A stretch of DNA of 64,000 bases from a virus. Position 1 is the stretch's first letter; each line of letters opens with the position of its first letter. Of this stretch, positions 51,582-62,121 are shown in pieces. The stretch lies in the IMG/VR virus record IMGVR_UViG_3300018080_000165, positions 1 through 64,000 of that record, one strand, 5' to 3'. Under the pieces are notes generated by a model, which was given only the letters and a program-made list of their open reading frames with translations, did not search any database and had not been told where the DNA came from. Position numbers and translations under genes: made by a program.

Positions 51582-54500
51582 CTACAAAGTTGCGCTGTTG
51601 AGGATTTCCTGTGCCGTCGCCACGTTCTCTTTTTTCTCCGCGATGTAGTTCGTGTGCTCTCTCGTCTTCTCGGCGGACTGTAACGCAAAATCAGCGACAT
51701 TTTCGGCAAGCCCGTTGATGGCTTCGATGTTTTCACTTTGAACATCGAGAAGACCTGTGAGCGAAGCATTCGCGTCAGCGACGGAATCATTCAAGGTTGT
51801 AGTTGCCTCACTGAGTGTTTCCAAGTTAATGCCTTTCAGCATTTCGGTAAACGGCACGATAGCTTTGTCAAAAACGGCTTGTACTTCATTCAACTTTCCT
51901 GCAACAGCCGTGAATCCTTCTTGAACTTTGGCCGTGAAGGTTTCTGTAGCCGTCTTGACACGATCTGTGGCTTCTACGGCGGGTTCCGCGATAGGAGCGG
52001 CTTCGGCGGCTTCCGTAGCTCCTTCGACTCCTCTTGCGCCTTCGGCTCCTATTTCTTCCTTCATAACTTCTTGAATTTCGCGCTCTATCTCTTTTTCCTT
52101 TTGTTGTTTTTCAGCAAGAGAAACAACCGTGTGACGAAGCCTTGAATCAGTTTCCTGGAACTGCCTGAAGAGTTCGTTCATCTGCGTGATCGCGGCGTGT
52201 CTGAAAGCAAACGCCTTATCAAGCGGGAACTCTGCCGCGTCAAAAGCCGCTTTCCCGGCGTTCTCTATGAGCGTGAACATCCTGTCGAAGAGTTCTTTGT
52301 TCGCGCTGCTTTGTTTGCTCCAGAAGTCATTCAAAGCGGCCGTTGCCTGAATCAGCCTTTCTCTTGCGGCGGCAACAGCGCCTTCGTCAGTCAAGTCAAC
52401 GTCGTACACTTCTGCTTGGGCCTTGACAAGATCAAGGGCAAACTGAGTGAACTCAAACGTATCCTCCTTACTCACCTTGGCGGCTTTCTTCTCACGCTCG
52501 GCAGGTGCCTTCGCCGCTTCTTCGACGGGCTTGACAACTTCAGGCTTCGAGAGAGCGCGCTTCGCGATGTCTTCCGCTTTGTCAGCGGCTTCATTCAGTT
52601 TTTCATTACCCTTCTTGAACGCTTCGAAAGTCTTTTCGATTGTTTTGGGAAGCGCCTCAAGGAACGTGTCCATTTTGTCGGACAACTTCTGCGTGCTCTT
52701 CTCGATCTCAGTGCGCCTGAAGTTGATGTCGTTGATAAGATCGCGGATGGCTTTGTCGGTAAGTTCACTGACAAAACCAAAAGCCTCTTGTGTCGGGCCA
52801 GCCCTTTCAACGGACGTGAGGATTTTATCGAAGCCTTCAGCAAAGGCTTTCTGCAAGTCCTCTCTTTCAGGAAAGGCTTCTTTGAGTCTTTCCGCGAACT
52901 CAACAGCCAAAGCACCTTGCTTTTCCCGGAACGCTCTCAGCGTTTCCCTGTTTTGCTTCTCGGTTTCCTCAAGCCTCTTCCTGTCCCTCTTGAGACTCTT
53001 TTGCCGCGCTTCGGCGTTTAGAAGGGCTTCCCTTTCAGTTTCAGTGAGTATCTCTCCGCTAGTCTCCTTCAGTTTAAGCTGACGGATCAACTGTTCCGTC
53101 TCACCAAGACTAGCATTGATGGCAACCAACTTCTTTCCTGAAGTCAAAAACTCCGTGCCGAAGTCTTCGAACGTTCGCGCGAACTCACTCAGCTTCTCTC
53201 GGAATTCGACATCCAAAAGCTGTTGGAGACTGGTGAATGTTTTGATGGTCGCGTTTGCGGCATCCAAGCGCGCTTCGTTCGTGGCTTTTTGCTGATCGAA
53301 CTCTTCTTTGAAGATTCGGCGGAAGAACGCCAGCTTCGCGGCTTCTTCAAGTTTCCTTGCCGCATCGGCAAGTTCACGCGAAGCCGTGATAATACCGTTG
53401 GAAGCATTCTTGGCGCGTCTCTCCATCTCTTTCACGCGAGCATCGCCAATAGCAAAGGCTTTCTGCAATTCAGCAGACGCGCTTTTGTAAAGAGCTTGTA
53501 CTTTGCCTTGATTGTTGAACGTCCTGTTTTGGATGTCTGTGATTTTGGTTTCGGTTTCTTCAAGTTCTTTGGTAGCACTTTCGAAATTGCGGTTTCGAAC
53601 CCTGTCTTCCTGTTCGATTTCAAACATCCGCTTCTGCAATTCGAGTTCGAGTGCTTGTCCTCTCAAGCCCTTCTCACGCAACAACTGACGTTCACGATTT
53701 TGGTTGAGAGAATCGAGTCTGGCCTTTTCGTCTTCGAAACCGAGTTCCTGAAGCCTCTCTTGGACTTCAATCCGTTTCTTGAACAAGTCTTGAAGTTGAG
53801 TCTGATCTTCCTTTTTTTGTTCTGCCGCGACTTGCTGGAAACGCTTCTGGAAGCGCGTGAGAGCCACACGTTCAAGACCTACGAAGCCGCCCTTGAGGGC
53901 TTCCTTCTGGAACTCATCAAACAGGTCTTCAAGAGCGTTGATCTGCTTGTTAGGATCGAGCAGCCGAAGTTGTCTTCGAAGGAACGCTTCTCCGCTCTTC
54001 TGAAGTTTGTCCAAGTCACGAACGGCTTTTTGCTGTTCGCGCCGGAAAACTTCAAGCTGCTTCGTCAAGAAAGTTGTTTCAGCAAGGAGGGCATTTTGTG
54101 TGGCCTTGACACGCGCCTTCGCGATGTCCTGGGCAGTCGCTCCTTGCTTACGCAGTGTATCGACGATTGCCATCTCGCGTTTATGAATCGCTTCGATTTG
54201 CGCCGCCATATCCTTTGCAGTTTCCGCCTGTCGCGCGAGAAGAGATTCGTTACGCCGATTGATTCGCTCAAGGAGACGATTGATCCGCACACGTTCCTTG
54301 TCGTTATCCTGGGTCTTCTTCGTTTCCTTCGCAATCTTTTCTTCAAGCTGAAGAATGATTGTTTTGGTATTTTCTTCATCTTTAAGCAGTTCTGGCGACT
54401 TGTCCTTACCTTGAAGTTCCAAATTCCTTTGGATGAAGCGCAGTATTTCTTTCTGAAAGTTCAAACGCTTGCGGAGTGCTGTAAGACCTTTTTCTTCCTG

Positions 54501-57500
54501 TCTAGCAATTTCCTTAGCATTATCCGCAATGCCTTTTTGTAGTTTAGCACGAACTTTCTGTTGCTCCACGATCTCAACGAGTTTGGTTTGCTGTTCCGCC
54601 GTCAAATTGACGAACGTTCGCAATGACTCGTTGGCCGTATCCAATTTCAGGTCCGAAACAAAATCGATGTCAGGAATAGAAACAATACTGGATCGGAATT
54701 TTGTGAGCGTGTTAATGAACTCATCGAACACTTCTATTCCACGCTGTCCACTCCCGAATAGTCGTTCAAGCTGGAACATGAAAGGATTCAGGCCACCAGC
54801 AACTTGCGCAAGAGGAATCCGGCTTGCCTGGAGTTTCGTGGCGAAGATAAGCGCCTGTTCCGATGTGATGTCAAAAGTTTCTCGAAGGCTTTGCAGGTCT
54901 TTATCAAATTGTTTAAGAGCTTCGGCACCAAAAGTGGCTGCGTCGATAGCACCAAAGACTTGAAGAAACTTGGCGAGAGCTTTACTTGCTTTTTCGCTGT
55001 CATCGGAGACAGCTTCAAAAGCAAGTGCCTTGATAAACTCGTTGACTTGTCCGCGCACTCTATCGAAATTGGCTTTATCAACTTCGATTTTGAATTGCGG
55101 CGCATCCTTTCCTACGATGAAGTTGATCCGATCCACAACGCGCTGAACGCGAGCAATAGCTTCCTCTTCGCCTACTTTGCCTTCACGGCTTGTCAACGCT
55201 TCCTGTATGAATTGATCGAAAGCCTGCCGCACGCCCACAGCGCCTTGCCGAAGCGTTCTTGCGATGCCTTCGGTCAAACCTTCCTGATCGATCAACTCTT
55301 GAAGTTTTACGTCTGTACGACTAAACTGCGTGAGCAAATTGTTGATGGACTCTCTTGAAACTTCCGTGAAGTCCTTCAACCCCGTGCTGACACGCTCTGT
55401 AGCATCCGCAATCGTCTTGAACTCTTGGTTCAAAACGTTCACAGCGTTCGTCAACGCGCCGGTTTCTTCTGCCGATTTCTTTGCTTCTTCACGTATTTCC
55501 CTGAGCCTGTTCCTGGTTTTCTCCGTCTGTTTCTCGACAAAGCCGAACGTCTCTCCGAGTTTTTTCCATCCAGTGTTCAAGAATTCCGTAGGCTTTTGAA
55601 TCAGACCAAGAGCATAGGCTAATTCGGAAGCAAGATCGATGATGGCCACAAGGCCAGCAACAAGGATTCCGACAACGGCAATGATCTTTGCTGCGGATGC
55701 AAGGAAGATGAGTGCGGCTTTAGATGCTGCAAGAAAAGCGATACGCACTTTTCCGAGCGCGCCGATAAGACTCACGCCGCCCACACCTGCTCCTGTGATA
55801 GCCGCGATGAGATTGGCAATGGCAATCTTTGCTGCTCTTGTCGAAGCCACCGAGAAGAAAAGGATGGCCCTTGAAGCTGCTCCAAACGCGGGAACAAGTC
55901 TGGCCAACCAAAGAAGAAGTCTTCCCACAGAACCAACGAAAGCCGTTATGACACCGAGCGCACTTCCAAAAACTTCGATGAAGATGAATGCCGCTGTCGC
56001 CACGGTGCCAAGCACAGCAACCAACGCACCAAACTCAATGGCAAGCGTTGCGATCTGCTTTGCGAACTCAGGGTTCTCCTTGATCCATTCGCGCACTTGG
56101 AAAAGCACGTCTTTAACGATCTTACCGAACGGTTCGAACGCATCTCTGATAACACGCCCGATTTCATTCGCCGTTTGCTGGAACTGACTTTGAAGCGTTG
56201 CCAACTGCCGTTGCACCTCCGCTTCAACGGAGACGCCGTCTCGGAAAGCCTGATTGGCGATGAGTTGTTTCTGTGCCACTCGTTCCGTGTTCGCGGCCAG
56301 TAAGTTAAGAACACGTCCAACGCGAATGTTGTTAAGGCCGAGAAGCGTTTGCGCCGTGATCTTTCCTTGCGCATCAAGAGCATTGAATCCCTTCAACACA
56401 AGATCGAGAGCGCCGAGCATATCCGTTTTGAGGAGTTTCGAGAACTCTTCGAAGGAAACGCCCGCGACTCTTGCCGCTTCCCTGGAACGGTCTGTGATCT
56501 GCGCGAGGATTCTCTGCAAGCCTGTTCCTGTGACTTGCGCCGAAACACCCAACTCCGCGAGCACGGCACCAAGAGCCGTCATAGCTCCAATGCCTTCCGT
56601 GCCGAGAATGTTGAACTGATTCGCCACAGGTCCAAGGAACTGCACGAAACGAACGAGAGAAGCAGCGGAGACGGCTGAAGCATCGGCCACGGCATTGAAT
56701 GCGTCGCCGATCTTGGTGATGTTCGCAATGTCGATCTTGAAGAGAAGCGTAAACGACTTGAACGCTTCAGCCGCTTCCTGTCCGGTCAACTGCAACGCGA
56801 TAGCGACTTTTTGGGCTTGCTTGACAAACTGCACGAGATTGTCTTGAGCAACGCCCAACCTCGCAGCCGCTTCCGCAAGATCGAGAACTTCGTTCGTTGC
56901 GATGCCGAGACTGCTTGCAACGTTCGTAAGTTCTTCTCCCAAGTCCCGCAACTGATCGCCGGACTTTCCAACCAAACGCCCGACACGAACAAGTTTTGTT
57001 TCGAACTCGGTGAACGTTTCAACAACGCTGCGCAAGACACGCTGGCCTATCGCGGCAGCCGCCACAAAGCCGAAGAACGACTGTCTCGTTATTCCGAGAG
57101 CACGATTGAGCAATCCCGCTGACTTCGTGGTTTCCGCGAATGCTCCACCAGCACCACCGGCAATACGAGCGCGGTTCAAGTCTCTGATTGCTTTGTTGGC
57201 TTGATTCACCACAGTAGAAAACTGAGTGAAGCCTTTAGATGCCGCCGTGGTAGATGCAGCGATCTTCCGAGTGAAGTTGTTTATCGAAGCGAGTGCCGTT
57301 TGGAGTCCGGCCAATGCCGCGCTGTCAACTTGGATTCTCGCTTTGATAACAAGTCTGTCTTGTGCTCGTTTCCGAAAAGCATCCAGCTTCTTTTCGGCGG
57401 CTTTGAGAGTAGCCGTAAGCGCAGCCTGATTGATTTTGATCTTCAGGTTAAGCCTTGCTTCGACTCGCGTCTTAAACTTCTTCAAGCGTTCTTCAACGAC

Positions 57501-57551
57501 TTGAATACTTCGCGTGTCGAGTTGAAGCCTAATCAGAATGGTTTCGGCCAC
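51582..57551 (-). CDS. Tape measure protein (TP901 family)
   Basis: 1989 aa, helical, FETKLVRV...GTGLQRIL core, hydrophobic central segment; follows the tail chaperones. Confidence 0.93.
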   Translation of the reverse strand: MAETILIRLQLDTRSIQVVEERLKKFKTRVEARLNLKIKINQAALTATLKAAEKKLDAFRKRAQDRLVIKARIQVDSAALAGLQTALASINNFTRKIAASTTAASKGFTQFSTVVNQANKAIRDLNRARIAGGAGGAFAETTKSAGLLNRALGITRQSFFGFVAAAAIGQRVLRSVVETFTEFETKLVRVGRLVGKSGDQLRDLGEELTNVASSLGIATNEVLDLAEAAARLGVAQDNLVQFVKQAQKVAIALQLTGQEAAEAFKSFTLLFKIDIANITKIGDAFNAVADASAVSAASLVRFVQFLGPVANQFNILGTEGIGAMTALGAVLAELGVSAQVTGTGLQRILAQITDRSREAARVAGVSFEEFSKLLKTDMLGALDLVLKGFNALDAQGKITAQTLLGLNNIRVGRVLNLLAANTERVAQKQLIANQAFRDGVSVEAEVQRQLATLQSQFQQTANEIGRVIRDAFEPFGKIVKDVLFQVREWIKENPEFAKQIATLAIEFGALVAVLGTVATAAFIFIEVFGSALGVITAFVGSVGRLLLWLARLVPAFGAASRAILFFSVASTRAAKIAIANLIAAITGAGVGGVSLIGALGKVRIAFLAASKAALIFLASAAKIIAVVGILVAGLVAIIDLASELAYALGLIQKPTEFLNTGWKKLGETFGFVEKQTEKTRNRLREIREEAKKSAEETGALTNAVNVLNQEFKTIADATERVSTGLKDFTEVSRESINNLLTQFSRTDVKLQELIDQEGLTEGIARTLRQGAVGVRQAFDQFIQEALTSREGKVGEEEAIARVQRVVDRINFIVGKDAPQFKIEVDKANFDRVRGQVNEFIKALAFEAVSDDSEKASKALAKFLQVFGAIDAATFGAEALKQFDKDLQSLRETFDITSEQALIFATKLQASRIPLAQVAGGLNPFMFQLERLFGSGQRGIEVFDEFINTLTKFRSSIVSIPDIDFVSDLKLDTANESLRTFVNLTAEQQTKLVEIVEQQKVRAKLQKGIADNAKEIARQEEKGLTALRKRLNFQKEILRFIQRNLELQGKDKSPELLKDEENTKTIILQLEEKIAKETKKTQDNDKERVRINRLLERINRRNESLLARQAETAKDMAAQIEAIHKREMAIVDTLRKQGATAQDIAKARVKATQNALLAETTFLTKQLEVFRREQQKAVRDLDKLQKSGEAFLRRQLRLLDPNKQINALEDLFDEFQKEALKGGFVGLERVALTRFQKRFQQVAAEQKKEDQTQLQDLFKKRIEVQERLQELGFEDEKARLDSLNQNRERQLLREKGLRGQALELELQKRMFEIEQEDRVRNRNFESATKELEETETKITDIQNRTFNNQGKVQALYKSASAELQKAFAIGDARVKEMERRAKNASNGIITASRELADAARKLEEAAKLAFFRRIFKEEFDQQKATNEARLDAANATIKTFTSLQQLLDVEFREKLSEFARTFEDFGTEFLTSGKKLVAINASLGETEQLIRQLKLKETSGEILTETEREALLNAEARQKSLKRDRKRLEETEKQNRETLRAFREKQGALAVEFAERLKEAFPEREDLQKAFAEGFDKILTSVERAGPTQEAFGFVSELTDKAIRDLINDINFRRTEIEKSTQKLSDKMDTFLEALPKTIEKTFEAFKKGNEKLNEAADKAEDIAKRALSKPEVVKPVEEAAKAPAEREKKAAKVSKEDTFEFTQFALDLVKAQAEVYDVDLTDEGAVAAARERLIQATAALNDFWSKQSSANKELFDRMFTLIENAGKAAFDAAEFPLDKAFAFRHAAITQMNELFRQFQETDSRLRHTVVSLAEKQQKEKEIEREIQEVMKEEIGAEGARGVEGATEAAEAAPIAEPAVEATDRVKTATETFTAKVQEGFTAVAGKLNEVQAVFDKAIVPFTEMLKGINLETLSEATTTLNDSVADANASLTGLLDVQSENIEAINGLAENVADFALQSAEKTREHTNYIAEKKENVATAQEILNSATL

Positions 57552-57563
57552 GGTCTTGCTCCC

Positions 57564-57988
57564 TTACCCCATAGAGGGCGGCGGGGGTCTTCTAGGGACT
57601 CGTCCTTTGTAGTTCGGTCGTCCCTTGTTTCTTGCCCCGCTCCCTCTAAGTTTGTTGAGCACTTGCAACTTCTCCACAAACTGAGAATTGATCCCGCGTT
57701 CTTTTGGTCGATCTCCCTTTCCGGCTTCGTCGTACTCTTTCATCACTCGTTTGAACTGTTTCGCGTCGGCATTGACGCCAAGACGAGTGGCGATGGCCAT
57801 TTGTTTGATGTCCTCCAACTCCCCCGTGATGACTTCCTTGTACAAGATGCTGATCTCCTCTTCGCTGAACTCCCACAAGATGTTCCTTATCGTGTACCCG
57901 TGCCTTACCAAGCGCGAGATTATTTGCGCGTCGGAGACAGGTTCGGACTGGCGATCTTTTCCATCGTCACCAGTCCGCTTAGCAGGTT
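57564..57988 (-). CDS. Tail assembly chaperone, -1 frameshift extension (gpGT-like)
   Basis: The -1 frame is open from the slippery site A AAA AAC (57992-57986) to 57564. Confidence 0.8.
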
Positions 57989-58537
57989 TTTTAGGATGAA
58001 CTCAAAGTTCTGTTCGAAGATGATCTTTCCAAGTTCAACGATGTCGAAGAACTCAAGTTCATGGACGTAATCGAAAGCCTCCTTTTCGCTGCTGAAGTTG
58101 TACGGCCTTTTGTTGTCATCTGTTTGCGCGAGCGTCTTTGCGATGATTTCCGTCACAGACGCAGAATTGTCCGTGAGCATCTTTCCGATGTTGTCTTCGG
58201 TGAAAATGCCGATCATGGATGAAATGCTGATTGCCAACTCTCCTTGGGGAGAAATCAAACCTCCAAGAGAAGAGCCGAAAATCTGAACGCCTTGGGGTAG
58301 AAGTGTCATTCCCAAGCCCCACGGCCAGCGACGAAGAATCAGTTTCTTCGGGCGCTTTTCCGCGTACATGCCGAGAGGTTCATACTCTTCTTCTCTCGTC
58401 GTAAGAAGTTTCCGAAGCCTTGCCTTTCTTTCTTCTTCGGTTTCTTCCTTCTTCTCAGGAACTTCCTGCTTTGCTTTTTCTTCTTTTTCCGCCGCCAACT
58501 CGTCTACCTTCGTGGCTTCTCCGTTCATGTCAGTCAT
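57920..58537 (-). CDS. Tail assembly chaperone (gpG-like)
   Basis: Between the major tail and tape measure genes; ILKN slippery site. Confidence 0.8.
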   Translation of the reverse strand: MTDMNGEATKVDELAAEKEEKAKQEVPEKKEETEEERKARLRKLLTTREEEYEPLGMYAEKRPKKLILRRWPWGLGMTLLPQGVQIFGSSLGGLISPQGELAISISSMIGIFTEDNIGKMLTDNSASVTEIIAKTLAQTDDNKRPYNFSSEKEAFDYVHELEFFDIVELGKIIFEQNFEFILKNLLSGLVTMEKIASPNLSPTRK

Positions 58538-58552
58538 CTCCCGTGATAAATG

Positions 58553-58598
58553 AAAGAGAGAGAGTGAGGTTCAAGGCCCTCACTCCCTCTCTCCTTTT
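58553..58598 (-). terminator. Terminator/attenuator after the major tail gene
   Basis: gagagagtgagg...cctcactccctctc stem followed by a T-rich tract. Confidence 0.55.
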
Positions 58599-58631
58599 CG
58601 GACAGTAACAGCCGACAGCACATGCTATCGA

Positions 58632-59447
58632 CTAAATGTTCTGGCCAGCCCCAAGTTGCTGAATGACCCCGTAGGGCGCACTCGGCGCAGCAAGGCTGTT
58701 GTCCAGAATGTCCAGTTCCAACTGGAACGAAGTCCAGTCGTCGCTGTTCCAACTGAAGTCACCAGTCGGATTGATCTGAACGTTGTCAAACTGTGCGATC
58801 ATTTCCTGTCCGGTATCCGACACACCGATGAACTGGACCTGCGCAGTCTTGAGAATTTGGGTGAGCGGATTGAAACTTCTGCTCTCCAAAACATCATGCG
58901 TGTAGTCCACTTCAACGAAGTCGCCATCGCCGATGCTGCCAGTGGCAACACGACGGATGGCCTTGTGGCCGAAATGATCCTCGATCACGTAGTCGGTCGT
59001 GACAGTGAACGCAGCGCCGCCACCATACGGTTCAACAACAACCGAAGAGGCGTTGACACCATCCTTCAGAATGCGCCTTTCCGTTCCGGTCAGCTTCATC
59101 ACTTCGGTTGTCACACTCCCACCACCTGGAGAAGCAGCAACGTCCGTGATGTCCCCACCAAGGAAGAAGAGCCGAAGGTTCTCGGGATCGGCTTCAACGA
59201 TGGTGACAGTGATGGTCGAAGAGATTTCCTTGACAATCTTTCGATCCTTCACCCGCGTTCCGGTGGACGCGCAGAAGTGCTCTTGAAAGTCAATCGCTTG
59301 TGCGAAAGGAGCCTCTTCGATGCAGCCAAGATCGACAAATCCGCGATACTTAGGCGGAGTTGCGGAAGCATCGAGAAGTTCGTTCACCCACAAACGAATG
59401 CCCCCAAGAGTGTAGTTGTAGGGACTTGGGCGCTCGTAATGAGCCAT
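58632..59447 (-). CDS. Major tail (tube) protein
   Basis: NYTLGG.RL...F.DLGC...EH...G.RVKD...P.GD...DDW....L; synteny. Confidence 0.8.
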   Translation of the reverse strand: MAHYERPSPYNYTLGGIRLWVNELLDASATPPKYRGFVDLGCIEEAPFAQAIDFQEHFCASTGTRVKDRKIVKEISSTITVTIVEADPENLRLFFLGGDITDVAASPGGGSVTTEVMKLTGTERRILKDGVNASSVVVEPYGGGAAFTVTTDYVIEDHFGHKAIRRVATGSIGDGDFVEVDYTHDVLESRSFNPLTQILKTAQVQFIGVSDTGQEMIAQFDNVQINPTGDFSWNSDDWTSFQLELDILDNSLAAPSAPYGVIQQLGAGQNI

Positions 59448-59471
59448 TGTTCCACACTCCTGTCTTTGTCC

Positions 59472-59996
59472 TTATCGAAGGCGTCTCAGTTCCTCAAGGA
59501 GAAACTTCCTCGCCTTGGACACAGCCTTTTGCAAGAAACGATTGGGCTTCGCTCCAGGGTGAAGTACGTGAGTGGCATATTGCTTGTAGAGATTCCCCTT
59601 ACCCAATCCCTTCCTTTGTGCTTTGCTCCGTCTTCGACGAAGCGTGTCTGTCCCTTTCCGCAACAAAAAGTTCTTGTTAGGAAAGGCCAGTATTCCCCCC
59701 GCCCTCTTTGCGAAGATGAAGTTCGGGCCGAAGCCTTCAGTCAACGGCAACAAGTGCGGGGCATCCGAAACGACAGTAACGCTATCGCCACGGACGACAA
59801 CACGGAGAGAATCGACTAGTCCTTTTCCTGTTTCTCTACGATAAGGACCGGGAGCATTCTTATCCCCGCGCGGTGCGGTTCTTCGAATCTCCTTTTCGAG
59901 TCTCACACCAACATTCCGCAACGCCTCGCGGAATTCTCTGCGGGCACGCTGTTTGTCAGTCCCAAGCATGACTGCCAATCTGCTTTCAGCCATCAT
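59472..59996 (-). CDS. HK97 gp10-like neck/tail-completion protein
   Basis: TAP...TG.L.DS...HPGAKPNRFL..A. Confidence 0.7.
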   Translation of the reverse strand: MMAESRLAVMLGTDKQRARREFREALRNVGVRLEKEIRRTAPRGDKNAPGPYRRETGKGLVDSLRVVVRGDSVTVVSDAPHLLPLTEGFGPNFIFAKRAGGILAFPNKNFLLRKGTDTLRRRRSKAQRKGLGKGNLYKQYATHVLHPGAKPNRFLQKAVSKARKFLLEELRRLR

Positions 59997-60475
59997 GGAG
60001 TCCTAACATACTTAGTGGCCCACTGACTGCGGAGCCGGTACGTATCCGTTCTCTCATCGAATACGTTATCCTCAACCGACTCTTGCCGGAAAAGAGCGAC
60101 ATTGATCTTCAAATCCGGCACGGGAGACGGAACCACGGCTTGAAGAAGCCTTGGGGTCACGGCCAACTGAATGGCCCGGTGAACCAACCAAATGGTTTTC
60201 TTCTCCTTCGTCTGCCCTTTGTGAATCACATCGATCTGAACCGTCCCGTCGATCCTTCCGCAAGGATCAACAGTTTCGGCCAGCATGTTAAACGTTACGG
60301 CAGGCAGCTTGCCGTCTGTCAAATCCTCAAGCATCTTGCTGTCGGACGGATAAATCCGATCACCAACAAGCGGCCCAACGCCCGTGGTAGGATCGTCAGA
60401 AGCCACCAACGCGCGTCTAACAGCTTCCAAAATCTCGTAACTAATCGTTAGTGCCCTCCTCATCTTTATTCCCAT
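59993..60475 (-). CDS. Tail terminator-like protein
   Basis: LVGDRIYP...LPAVTF...VQIDV. Confidence 0.7.
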   Translation of the reverse strand: MGIKMRRALTISYEILEAVRRALVASDDPTTGVGPLVGDRIYPSDSKMLEDLTDGKLPAVTFNMLAETVDPCGRIDGTVQIDVIHKGQTKEKKTIWLVHRAIQLAVTPRLLQAVVPSPVPDLKINVALFRQESVEDNVFDERTDTYRLRSQWATKYVRTP

Positions 60476-60482
60476 TTCTGAC

Positions 60483-60511
60483 TTGACTATCGCACGATTT
60501 TCGTGTAATAG
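60483..60511 (+). promoter_or_regulatory. Possible promoter for a near-leaderless HNH transcript (TTGACT...TGTAAT/TAATAG)
   Basis: -35-like hexamer 36 nt upstream of the ATG; no RBS. Confidence 0.35.
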
Positions 60512-60518
60512 TTAAGAC

Positions 60519-61013
60519 ATGAGATGGAAACAGATTCCAGGCTACGAAGGCTTCTACAGTGTCTCCCACACAGGACTTGTGAGAAGAGACACTACGGAAA
60601 AAATACTCAAGCCTTCGCCAACGGGCAAAACAGGATATGTAAGCGTTGATCTTTCCAAGAAAGGAAAGCGCAAACGCATAAACATCCATCGTCTTGTGAT
60701 GCTTGCCTTCGTCAGTCCTTGCCCTCCTGGCCTTGAAGTCAACCACATTGACGGAAAAAGAACCAACAACAGACGAGACAATCTTGAGTACGTCACACGC
60801 TCTGAAAACCACCTTAACGCCTACAGAGACAGAGGCGTTAAAGTAAACCAAGGTTCCAACCACGGAATGAGCCGCCTTACGGAACAAAAAGTGAAACGCA
60901 TTCGACGCCTTATTCGAAAAGGTTGGAGCCTCAAACGAATAGCCAAGAAGTTCAGAGTTGATCCTTCCTGCATTTCTAGGATCAAATCCTACGAACTCTG
61001 GAAACACGTTTAA
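60519..61013 (+). CDS. NUMOD4-HNH homing endonuclease, antisense to the structural operon
   Basis: WKQIPGYEGFYSVSHTGLVR; IHRLV; VNHIDGKRTNNRRDNLEY. Confidence 0.9.
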   Translation: MRWKQIPGYEGFYSVSHTGLVRRDTTEKILKPSPTGKTGYVSVDLSKKGKRKRINIHRLVMLAFVSPCPPGLEVNHIDGKRTNNRRDNLEYVTRSENHLNAYRDRGVKVNQGSNHGMSRLTEQKVKRIRRLIRKGWSLKRIAKKFRVDPSCISRIKSYELWKHV

Positions 61014-61027
61014 GTATGACATCTCGG

Positions 61028-61798
61028 TCAGTTCTCCCCGTACCGGCGACACAACAGCCGGTAGAAGTCTTCTCTCGGATCGAAACGAACGCCGACAACA
61101 ATGAACTCTTGATCCGCTCCGGTATGATCCGTGTCAAGAATCCTATCTTCCATTGTTGGCCGGAATTCCGTTTCGTCAAGCAACTTGAATTCTTCCTTCA
61201 ACGCCCAAAAGACGACATCTCCAACAGCGATGATCCCCGAAAAGATCAACTCGGCTTCCATGTCCACGTCGCTTTTGTTTACAGTCAGTACGATCTTTTC
61301 AACGTCGTCTGTCACTTGCCAAGACGGCCCTGCAAATGTCTGAGCCTTGATTCGCGTGTACACAACACCTTTCAAATGGTTGTCTTGGCGAATGAGCATT
61401 TCACAGCGTCCACTTGCAGGGTTGTACTCCTTTCGTTTGATCGTGAACAGATTGCCCGATCCAGACGGCCAAGTAACCACGGAAAGGATGTTCGGGTTTA
61501 CATCGTACACACTCAAAAAACGATCCGTGGGAAGAATCAATCCGCCGCTGTTGGCGATTTGTTCGTCATCCAGATTCGGCACACTGGCGGGAATGGCAGT
61601 GTACTGTTTCACCAATTCCCTTCTAGGCCGAATGTTTCCGCTTCCAAGGTCTTCCCGACAAAAAGCGTATTGGTGAAAGTCTACAAGAGGATCATTCAGC
61701 AATGAACGCTCTTGATGGAAAATTGATTTGAGTTCCTCGTTAAAGGTTACGACTTCACGAGGACCAAGCCCCTTTGGAAAGTTCGGAAGAAGAGCCAA
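61028..61798 (-). CDS. Putative head-closure/head-tail joining protein
   Basis: Synteny; two beta-rich halves. Confidence 0.5.
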   Translation of the reverse strand: MALLPNFPKGLGPREVVTFNEELKSIFHQERSLLNDPLVDFHQYAFCREDLGSGNIRPRRELVKQYTAIPASVPNLDDEQIANSGGLILPTDRFLSVYDVNPNILSVVTWPSGSGNLFTIKRKEYNPASGRCEMLIRQDNHLKGVVYTRIKAQTFAGPSWQVTDDVEKIVLTVNKSDVDMEAELIFSGIIAVGDVVFWALKEEFKLLDETEFRPTMEDRILDTDHTGADQEFIVVGVRFDPREDFYRLLCRRYGEN

Positions 61799-61799
61799 C

Positions 61800-62120
61800 T
61801 CAAATCTCCTTCAGCGGAACGATGGGTTTGGTGAACTCGGCGAACACCACATCGTCTGTCACAGGCTCGCATGTGCGATGAAAACAATGATCGCACTCTT
61901 GGGTAAAATCCTCAAAGATGTCTTTCGGCCATGCCGCGAGATGCTTTCTCAGACAAATGCGACACTTCAACACTCCTATGATGTACCTGTCGGGGTCGCC
62001 CTTCTCCTTTGGACAGTCAGCCCACGCGCACACGAAATCGTTGGGAACATCGATGTTGATCTCGCCAGCGAGAACGTCATCGATACATTTATCCCAACGT
62101 GCTTCCATCGTGGCGTCCAT
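61800..62120 (-). CDS. Cys-containing hypothetical protein
   Basis: CAWADC...CRIC...CDHC. Confidence 0.5.
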   Translation of the reverse strand: MDATMEARWDKCIDDVLAGEINIDVPNDFVCAWADCPKEKGDPDRYIIGVLKCRICLRKHLAAWPKDIFEDFTQECDHCFHRTCEPVTDDVVFAEFTKPIVPLKEI

Positions 62121-62121
62121 A

